A stretch of 42,087 bases of DNA. Source: a virus (taxonomy: Duplodnaviria; Caudoviricetes). Shown piece by piece: positions 1-5,935 of the stretch. Numbering within the stretch: the first letter of the stretch is position 1; every line of letters starts with the position of its first letter. Location: positions 1 to 42,087 of the IMG/VR virus record IMGVR_UViG_3300032266_000400; one strand, given 5' to 3'. The notes below the pieces were generated by a model. The model was not told where the DNA came from and made no database searches. It saw only the letters and a program-made list of their open reading frames with translations. The position numbers and the translations under genes were made by a program.

Positions 1-134
1 CGGCATGTCACGGTAGTGTTGACGATTTTACGAAGTTCTTCTTTAAGAATCGCACGAACTTGAGTACCGTCCTTTTTATGGTAGGTACTAGAGTTATGTG
101 TGCGATCATTATACTTGCGGTACAGGGCTTTCAT
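1..134 (-). CDS. small hypothetical protein, truncated by the window edge (MKALYRKYNDRTHNSSTYHKKDGTQVRAILKEELRKIVNTTVTC...)
   Basis: ATG at 134 preceded by AGGAGA Shine-Dalgarno; frame is open to position 1; not in ORF track. Confidence 0.6.
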   Translation of the reverse strand, partial: MKALYRKYNDRTHNSSTYHKKDGTQVRAILKEELRKIVNTTVTC

Positions 135-208
135 AATATCTCCTATTCGCCTTTTGCGTGTGTCCCGAACTTCCTCTGTTGCCAGCGTTAGGTCGGATGT
201 TGAAATGT

Positions 209-285
209 TGGGGTAACCAATGGGGAACGATCCCATTCTATCGCTTTCACAGAGCGAGGTGCTAAACCTTTACACTATGGTTACC
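209..285 (-). tRNA. tRNA-His(GUG)
   Basis: Cloverleaf; anticodon arm TCGCT-CTGTGAA-AGCGA; encoded G-1 and C73; CCA end. Confidence 0.93.
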
Positions 286-291
286 ATAAAT

Positions 292-386
292 TGGTGGGGA
301 ATATTGGAATCGAACCAATCAAGTTTGATTTTGCGGTACATATTCTAATACAGAATACAGTTGCTTCACCTTGAAGCGTATTCCCC
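292..386 (-). ncRNA. tRNA-like RNA whose anticodon arm is replaced by a TATTCT/AGAATA hairpin + GTACCGCAA module
   Basis: Acceptor GGGGAAT/ATTCCCC-A-CCA, D arm GCTTC/GAAGC, T arm ATTGG-TTCGATT-CCAAT; no canonical anticodon loop. Confidence 0.7.
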
Positions 387-392
387 ATTAAC

Positions 393-470
393 TGGTCTGT
401 GCGGTAGGATTTGAACCTACGATTTCTCACTTCCAAGGCGAGTAGATTAACCAGACTTTCTCACACACAG
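393..470 (-). tRNA. tRNA-Pro(UGG)
   Basis: Anticodon arm CTCGC-CTTGGAA-GTGAG; C1-G72, A73; CCA. Confidence 0.93.
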
Positions 471-478
471 ATAAAACT

Positions 479-587
479 TGGTGGATTGTAAGGGACTTGA
501 ACCCTTGTCAGACCAAGAGTGCGGTGGCGCACACTCGATAATGCTCCTACGGCTATTCACCGTGCATGAGACCATCCTTGACAACCC
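479..587 (-). ncRNA. mini tmRNA-like / alanine-acceptor tRNA-like RNA (109 nt)
   Basis: Acceptor GGGTTGT/ACAATCC with G3-U70, A73, CCA; GAC before T arm AAGGG-TTCAAGT-CCCTT; no D stem; two internal hairpins instead of an anticodon arm. Confidence 0.6.
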
Positions 588-594
588 ATAAACT

Positions 595-686
595 TGGCCC
601 CTGAGAGTGGGATTGAACCACCAAGGTCTGAACCAACCTTTTTGACCTACTAATAAGGACGACTTTACCGATTCGTCTACTCAGAG
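595..686 (-). ncRNA. degenerate tRNA-like RNA with long variable arm, anticodon unresolved
   Basis: Acceptor CTCTGAG/CTCAGGG-G-CCA, D arm, T arm GGTGG-TTCAATC-CCACT, variable hairpin AAGGTT/GACCTT; weak anticodon stem lacking U33. Confidence 0.55.
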
Positions 687-692
687 ATAACT

Positions 693-766
693 TGGTGGAC
701 CGCCGGGGAATCGAACCCCGATAACTAACGTGCAAGGCTAGGGTAATCCCATTATACTAGCAGCCC
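693..766 (-). tRNA. tRNA-Ala(UGC)
   Basis: Loop CTTGCAC; G3-U70, A73; CCA. Confidence 0.93.
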
Positions 767-778
767 ATGAAAATAATT

Positions 779-853
779 TGGTAGCCAATGATGGGAACGA
801 TCCATCGACCCCCGCCTTATCAAGACGGTGCTCTACCACTGAGCTAATTGGCC
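779..853 (-). tRNA. tRNA-Ile(GAU)
   Basis: CCGTC-TTGATAA-GGCGG; CCA. Confidence 0.93.
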
Positions 854-858
854 AAACT

Positions 859-934
859 TGGTGGTAATAGTTGGACTCGAACCAACGATAGACTGCGTAT
901 GAAGCAGTTGCATTAGCCACTATGCTATATTACC
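859..934 (-). tRNA. tRNA with CAU anticodon (elongator Met or lysidine-Ile2)
   Basis: ACTGC-TTCATAC-GCAGT; paired 1-72 so not initiator; CCA. Confidence 0.88.
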
Positions 935-1029
935 ATATAGAAACACACTACCAGTCCCGGGGATTCGAACCCCTTTCTCTTGTAGTTTACCACGACTTTT
1001 GCAGTCAGGCAAGCAATGTGTTCTTATAT
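935..1029 (-). ncRNA. candidate ncRNA: long terminal stem enclosing a tRNA T arm
   Basis: ATATAAGAACACA...TGTGTTTCTATAT terminal pairing; internal GGGG-TTCGAAT-CCCC T arm and GACT-GCAAA-AGTC hairpin; no CCA. Confidence 0.5.
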
Positions 1030-1102
1030 GGTGCTCCTTGCTGGTAACGATCCAGCGTCTATACATTACCAATGTATTATAATACCTTTATACTAAAAGA
1101 GC
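1029..1102 (-). tRNA. tRNA-Thr(GGU)
   Basis: ATACA-TTGGTAA-TGTAT; CCA. Confidence 0.92.
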
Positions 1103-1106
1103 AAAT

Positions 1107-1183
1107 TGGTGCGACCGGAGAGATTCGAACTCCCGACTCCTAAGTTCGTAGCCTAGTACTCTATCCAGCTGAGTTACGGTCGC
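1107..1183 (-). tRNA. tRNA-Arg(ACG)
   Basis: CTAGG-CTACGAA-CTTAG; canonical D and T arms; CCA. Confidence 0.95.
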
Positions 1184-1189
1184 ATTGAT

Positions 1190-1264
1190 TGGTATTCCGT
1201 ATGGGTTTTGATCCCATCTCAATAGTTTGAAGGACTATCGGCCACGCCAGCTGCCTCACGGAAT
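1190..1264 (-). tRNA. atypical tRNA-Glu(UUC) (C33, G8, T loop ATCAAAA)
   Basis: Acceptor ATTCCGT/ACGGAAT-A-CCA; anticodon arm ATAGT-CCTTCAA-ACTAT. Confidence 0.65.
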
Positions 1265-1273
1265 ATAAAATAA

Positions 1274-1341
1274 CAGGATAGTTTTGTCGATCAGGACAAT
1301 AAACAATTTGAGTGATCTGAGTTATTTGCAGAACCTATCCT
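1274..1341 (-). ncRNA. stand-alone small RNA: AGGATAG-GTTCTGCAAA...CTATCCTG
   Basis: 7-bp terminal stem plus the GTWCYGCAA motif also found inside the tRNA-like RNAs at 292-386 and 1429-1555. Confidence 0.55.
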
Positions 1342-1346
1342 TAAAC

Positions 1347-1421
1347 TGGTACCTAGTGTAGGAGTCGAACCTACGACATTCCGCTAATCGGGCAGACGTT
1401 CTTCCGCTGAACTAACCAGGT
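1347..1421 (-). tRNA. atypical tRNA-Ile(GAU)-like (C33, U37)
   Basis: Canonical acceptor, D and T arms and CCA; anticodon arm TCTGC-CCGATTA-GCGGA. Confidence 0.7.
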
Positions 1422-1428
1422 ATAATAT

Positions 1429-1555
1429 TGGTGGAGATGCCGGGATTCGAACCGCGGACAAGAACTTTTACAGAGTTATAGCTAGTTGATTGCAGAACTT
1501 ATTCTTGTCAGAATAATTTTTTTGCTTTGCTATGCTACCATTACATCACATCTCC
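1429..1555 (-). ncRNA. tRNA-Tyr(GUA)-like RNA with ~50-nt insertion between D arm and anticodon arm
   Basis: Acceptor GGAGATG/CATCTCC-A-CCA; D arm; insert TTATTCT-GACA-AGAATAA-GTTCTGCAA; hairpin AACT-CTGTAAA-AGTT; bulged T arm with TTCGAAT loop. Confidence 0.7.
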
Positions 1556-1561
1556 GAAACT

Positions 1562-1635
1562 TGGTGCGGGGTAAGGGAGTCGAACCCTTGACTAAACGTT
1601 GGCAACGTTTGATTTTTCCGCTAAACTAACCACGC
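1562..1635 (-). tRNA. tRNA-Gly(GCC)
   Basis: AAACG-TTGCCAA-CGTTT; CCA; A73 rather than the bacterial U73; one acceptor mismatch. Confidence 0.88.
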
Positions 1636-1642
1636 ATAAAAC

Positions 1643-1721
1643 TGGCTCCGTATCTGGGTAACGATCCCAGCTAGTCATTGATTAACAGTCAAGTCCGTGC
1701 ACCATGCTCGGATTCTACGGA
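1643..1721 (-). tRNA. tRNA-Asn(GUU)
   Basis: TTGA-CTGTTAA-TCAA; G73; CCA. Confidence 0.87.
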
Positions 1722-1728
1722 ATAAATT

Positions 1729-1804
1729 TGGCAGGGGAGATGGGATTCGAACCCATGATGACGATTTCAAAGACCGTTGCCTTAGGCCACTAGGCGACAC
1801 CCCA
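1729..1804 (-). tRNA. tRNA-Gln(UUG)
   Basis: ACGGT-CTTTGAA-ATCGT; unpaired 1-72, G73; CCA. Confidence 0.93.
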
Positions 1805-2058
1805 ACATGTTTATTAACACACTCTTTCGAATGTGTGTATTGAAACACACTCAACATTACACCCTTGATTCGCTACTGCTACTAGGGGCGTGTTCTAATA
1901 TGTTTCAATACGCTACGATTTTTCATCTCACAAAAGAGACTTCATCCCGTAGGCCGCCCGTTCGTCCATGTTTTAAGTGCAGACTAGGTCCTCGTTACCT
2001 ATACACACTATCTAACTCTCCACTACGCAACTTTGTAGTTGCTTCTTAATTAACCCTT

Positions 2059-2087
2059 ATTATAGCAGAGTATCCATTTACTGTAAA
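2059..2087 (-). promoter_or_regulatory. sigma70-type promoter directed into the tRNA array
   Basis: TTTACA-17 bp-TATAAT with extended -10 TG. Confidence 0.75.
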
Positions 2088-2112
2088 TTCTGCTTGTTGT
2101 TTTTACACAACG

Positions 2113-2147
2113 AAAAACCCCTGAGACTTTTTAGTTTCCCAGGGGTT
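2113..2147 (-). terminator. intrinsic terminator (attenuator) upstream of the tRNA array
   Basis: AACCCCTGGGA/TCTCAGGGGTT stem followed by U tract. Confidence 0.8.
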
Positions 2148-2191
2148 GAATAAATTTTGTTATGATGTAACTAGTTATTCCTCTCCCCGGG
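2138..2191 (-). promoter_or_regulatory. antiterminator hairpin overlapping the leader stop codon and the terminator 5' arm
   Basis: CCCGGGG/CCCC(T)GGG + GAATAA/TTATTC + GTTA/TAAC nested helices. Confidence 0.65.
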
Positions 2192-2309
2192 CTCCTCTTT
2201 GGTTATCATTCCCGCGAATACTTGTAGGATATGATACCGCAAAGGCCGCTAAGGTCTCTATAGACCATAGTCCCGTATGTTTCGGCATGTAACAAGTTTT
2301 ATTCATCAT
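2175..2309 (-). CDS. putative attenuator leader peptide, 44 aa (MMNKTCYMPKHTGLWSIETLAAFAVSYPTSIRGNDNQRGARGEE)
   Basis: ATG..TAA open frame between promoter and terminator; all 20 amino acids, 35 distinct codons; too short for the ORF track. Confidence 0.7.
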   Translation of the reverse strand: MMNKTCYMPKHTGLWSIETLAAFAVSYPTSIRGNDNQRGARGEE

Positions 2310-2376
2310 AGTATTCTATTTAGTCCTGGTTAAAAATAACTGCAAATTACATAGTGTTTTTTGCGTTTATGTGTGT

Positions 2377-2405
2377 ATTATATAGTAGTTTTGTGTTGAA
2401 GTCAA
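2377..2405 (-). promoter_or_regulatory. sigma70-type promoter for leader peptide / tRNA operon
   Basis: TTGACT-17 bp-TATAAT. Confidence 0.78.
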
Positions 2406-2464
2406 CCTTCAGTTTACCCAAAACACAAAAATACAACACATCCTAATATACATTAAATATTCGT

Positions 2465-4060
2465 ATGAGTAAAGAATTTAAAATCTACAAATACGAGATT
2501 GTCTATCTTAGCTATGATGAGCCTAATGCACAAGCAAATTGGGAAAATTTGTTAAAAAAAGTTCCATATGCTAGGCGTGTACACGGAATCAAAGGTAGTG
2601 ACGCTGCACACAAAGAAATAGCAAAATACACCAGCACCGAAAGAGTTAATATTATAGATGGCGATAACATCATTGATGAAAATTTTCTACATCAAATACT
2701 CACACTTGATGATTCAGTAGATGAATCTAAAACAGTTTTTAGTTGGCCTAGCAGAAATATAATCAACGGATTATTATATGGCAACGGCGGAATCAAATGC
2801 TGGCCAGTGCAAGCAATACTTGATATGCGTACACATGAAAATGCAGAACCAAATGACCCCAAGACTCAAGTGGATTTCTGCTGGGCACTGAATTATATGG
2901 CAATTGATAAATCTTATTCAGTAGTATATAATAATACTAGCAAATTACAAGCCTGGCGATCTGGATTCCGTGAGGGAGTAAAAATGAGTTTAGACAATGG
3001 AAACAAAGTCGATGATTTATCTGACTTAAACATAGGAAATCTGAACCGATTGCGTATTTGGATGACTACTGGTATAGATGTTGACAATGGGATATGGGCT
3101 ATATTAGGTGCTAGACAAGGGTGCTATAAAACACAATATACAAATTGGGACTATACTCAAGTACGTGATTTTGATTACTTAAATGAATTGTATAACTCTA
3201 CAGTTGAACAAATGTCGGTAATGGATGCAATAAACGAATGTAAAACTTTAGGTCACATTATCCCAATATGTGAACCATTTACCAGTGAACAAAGCAAATT
3301 TGTTAAAAGCATAGAGTTCAATCCTGATAGACAACTTAAAACAATACACTCAGTTGATACTATCAACGAATATGAGTATGACATTGTTATGGTTACTTAC
3401 AATGAGCCCAACGCTGAAGAAAATTGGTCTAATCTTAAAAGTAGATTTCCAAGAGCAAAACGAGTTGACGGTGTTAAAGGAATACACAATGCACATGTTG
3501 CTGCTGCTAAACTAGCACGTACTAAGATGTTCTGGGTAGTTGATGGTGATGCTGTCATAAACAAGAACTTTCATTTTGATTATATCGTGCATCCAAACAA
3601 GATGGATCATGTTCACGTTTGGCGTAGTAAGAATCCAGTCAATGATTTAGAGTATGGATTTGGAGGAGTCAAACTATTCCCTAGAGAAATGACTCTTAAC
3701 ATGGACATGAGTAAGCCTGACATGACCACAAGTATCAGCACTAAGTATAAGCCTGTCTTTGAGGTAAGCAACATAACAAGTTTCAATACTGATCCATTTA
3801 GTGCTTGGCGTAGTGCTTTCAGAGAATGCTGTAAGTTGTCAAGCAAAGTAATTGACAGACAGAATGATAGTGAAACAATAGAAAGATTACGAATTTGGTG
3901 TATGATAGGTCTTGATAGACCACACGGGTACTATGCTATCACTGGGGCAACTGCCGGTAAAAAGTACGGTGAAAGTAACATAGGTAATCTAGAAGCGTTG
4001 AAAAAAATCAATGACTTTGTTTGGTTAAAGGAAATATTTGATGCCAATAAATTGGACTGA
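2465..4060 (+). CDS. tandem two-domain GT-A fold glycosyltransferase-like protein
   Basis: Internal duplication: YDEPNA..NW / YNEPNA..NW, RVHGIKG / RVDGVKG, DxD motifs IIDGD / VVDGD, YGxGGxK, AWRSxFRE. Confidence 0.75.
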   Translation: MSKEFKIYKYEIVYLSYDEPNAQANWENLLKKVPYARRVHGIKGSDAAHKEIAKYTSTERVNIIDGDNIIDENFLHQILTLDDSVDESKTVFSWPSRNIINGLLYGNGGIKCWPVQAILDMRTHENAEPNDPKTQVDFCWALNYMAIDKSYSVVYNNTSKLQAWRSGFREGVKMSLDNGNKVDDLSDLNIGNLNRLRIWMTTGIDVDNGIWAILGARQGCYKTQYTNWDYTQVRDFDYLNELYNSTVEQMSVMDAINECKTLGHIIPICEPFTSEQSKFVKSIEFNPDRQLKTIHSVDTINEYEYDIVMVTYNEPNAEENWSNLKSRFPRAKRVDGVKGIHNAHVAAAKLARTKMFWVVDGDAVINKNFHFDYIVHPNKMDHVHVWRSKNPVNDLEYGFGGVKLFPREMTLNMDMSKPDMTTSISTKYKPVFEVSNITSFNTDPFSAWRSAFRECCKLSSKVIDRQNDSETIERLRIWCMIGLDRPHGYYAITGATAGKKYGESNIGNLEALKKINDFVWLKEIFDANKLD

Positions 4061-4733
4061 TGATAAAGATGTTTTTGGAAGAATGTTTGTTCTTACCAAT
4101 AATAGCCTGTTCAATCAATTACGCAATGCAGTTGACAACGAAGGGGCAGAGTTATCTGATGCACTAAGCTGGGGACAATTAAAAAGTAAACGATGGTTAG
4201 TATCTGAGTTAGAAAAATTAAATTTAGATTTGGGAACTATTTTTTTATGCGCCGGTTGGTATGCCACCTTAGCAGCAATGCTATTTGATAGCAGTTGTAA
4301 AATAGATAAGATTCGTAGCTTTGATATTGACCCATCATGTGAAAGAATAGCAGAAACTATAAACAGAGAAAGAGTAAAAAACAGCTGGAAATTTAAAGCA
4401 GGAACATTAGATATACAAAATTTAATTTATGAAAATTTTAGTTACATAACACATAGATATGACGGTAGCAAATTAGAATTAACTGATTCTGCAAATACTA
4501 TCATCAACACTAGCTGTGAACATATAGAAGATTTTGATGTTTGGTACAATAAAATACCCAGTGGTAAAATAGTTATACTTCAAACTAATAACTTCACTGA
4601 AATAGAAGAACATGTAAATTGTTCCAATAGTTTAGAAGAATTTAGAATTCAAACACCCATGTCTATTGTACTATACGAAGGTGAATTGATTTTGCCAGAT
4701 TACACTAGATACATGAGAATAGGTTATCATTAA
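4041..4733 (+). CDS. SAM-dependent methyltransferase-like protein (phage family)
   Basis: Motif I-like FLCAGWY, acidic SFDID, IINTSCEH; ATG 4041 preferred to TTG 4038. Confidence 0.6.
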   Translation: MPINWTDDKDVFGRMFVLTNNSLFNQLRNAVDNEGAELSDALSWGQLKSKRWLVSELEKLNLDLGTIFLCAGWYATLAAMLFDSSCKIDKIRSFDIDPSCERIAETINRERVKNSWKFKAGTLDIQNLIYENFSYITHRYDGSKLELTDSANTIINTSCEHIEDFDVWYNKIPSGKIVILQTNNFTEIEEHVNCSNSLEEFRIQTPMSIVLYEGELILPDYTRYMRIGYH

Positions 4734-4852
4734 CTTATTATTTCTATAACAGTTTAATAAGTATTTTATATACCCCATGCTAAAAAGACGTTAAATACTA
4801 ATAGTATTTATTGCGGTGCAACAAGACATAAAAAATACAAATAAGAGAACAT

Positions 4853-5935
4853 ATGTACAAATTATCAGATATAAAAGCCGTTCATTTAGAAATAACACAG
4901 CGTTGCCAAGCTGCTTGTAGTATGTGTGATAGAAACATGAATGGGGGAAGTATAAATCCACATTTAGATTTAAGCGAATTATCACTAGTTGACATAAAAA
5001 AAATTATGTCCCCTGAATTTATTTCACAATTAGTAAGTATGCAACTATGCGGCAATCACGGTGACCCTATTATAGCCGAAGATACATTAGCAGTGCTGGA
5101 ATATATTCGTGAACACAATCCTAAAACTTTTATAACTATGAATACTAATGCGGGCGCCAGAGATATAGATTGGTGGACTAAATTAGCTAAAATAATTAAT
5201 AGAAAAGGATTTGTTATTTTTAGCGTAGATGGGTTAGAAGATACTAACCATTTATATAGGCAAAATGTGCAATGGCATATTGTTGAACGGTCCATGCATG
5301 CCTTTATTAGTGCAGGGGGCAGGGCAAGATGGGATTTTTTAGTATTTGAACATAATCAACACCAAGTCGAACAAGCAAAACTATTGTCAGAACAATGGGG
5401 ATTTGAAAAATTTGTAGTTAAAAAAAGTGCAAGATTCTTAAGTTCGAACACGGTTCCAAAAGAGTCTCACCAAGCAGTAAATCGCAAAGGTGAAAAAACC
5501 ATAGAAATTAAAAAACCAGCAGAACACTTACAAAATTCAGTACTCAAAAATCAAACCAATATCATTAAAAAATATAATTCAATGGATGAATACTATGATG
5601 TTGCAGAAATTACATGCAAAGTAAAAAATGAAGGCAGTATGTATATTAGCGCCGAAGGCATAGTATTGCCTTGTTGTTGGACTGCTAGTAGAATGTATAA
5701 GTGGTGGCAAGAAAACCCCAAAGCTGAACAGATTTGGGAATTCATTGAAAAAGCAGGGGGCAAAGATTCGTTGAATGTAAAATTGTTTGGTTTAGAACAT
5801 GTATTTTCAACTGGGATATTTGAAGATATAGAGAATAGTTGGAATAAACCAAGCTGTAGTGAAGGCAAATTAAAAGTATGTGCTATGAAATGCACAAAAG
5901 AATTTGATGTAGTAAGTTCACAATATGACAGATAA
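4853..5935 (+). CDS. radical SAM protein with C-terminal SPASM/twitch-like Cys domain
   Basis: CQAACSMC; GNHGDP; FSVDG; C-terminal C..PCC..C..CxxxC. Confidence 0.88.
   Translation: MYKLSDIKAVHLEITQRCQAACSMCDRNMNGGSINPHLDLSELSLVDIKKIMSPEFISQLVSMQLCGNHGDPIIAEDTLAVLEYIREHNPKTFITMNTNAGARDIDWWTKLAKIINRKGFVIFSVDGLEDTNHLYRQNVQWHIVERSMHAFISAGGRARWDFLVFEHNQHQVEQAKLLSEQWGFEKFVVKKSARFLSSNTVPKESHQAVNRKGEKTIEIKKPAEHLQNSVLKNQTNIIKKYNSMDEYYDVAEITCKVKNEGSMYISAEGIVLPCCWTASRMYKWWQENPKAEQIWEFIEKAGGKDSLNVKLFGLEHVFSTGIFEDIENSWNKPSCSEGKLKVCAMKCTKEFDVVSSQYDR

Noticed and set aside
209-286. tRNA-His apparently lacking G-1 (would imply a Thg1 requirement)
   Set aside because: Correct register gives acceptor GTAACCA/TGGTTAC with an encoded G-1 opposite C73.
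1190-1264. Opal suppressor/Sec tRNA reading (CTTCAAA) and genome recoding
   Set aside because: The perfect 5-bp stem ATAGT/ACTAT centres the loop on TTC; TGA, TAG and TAA all end genes normally in this window and conserved genes are uninterrupted.
1915-1955. Hammerhead ribozyme (GATGA-stem-GAAA on the minus strand)
   Set aside because: Core reads GGGATGAA rather than CUGANGA, and stems I/III with an NUH cleavage site could not be built.
553-2049. ORF-track ORFs 553-735, 738-920, 1675-1857 and 1807-2049
   Set aside because: They overlap tRNA/ncRNA genes or the structured leader and show no protein motifs or SD; treated as spurious.
4734-4852. RiPP precursor peptide for the radical SAM/SPASM enzymes
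   Set aside because: No credible small ORF with SD in this gap or other cluster gaps; the 4791-4985 minus-strand ORF is antisense to a radical SAM gene.
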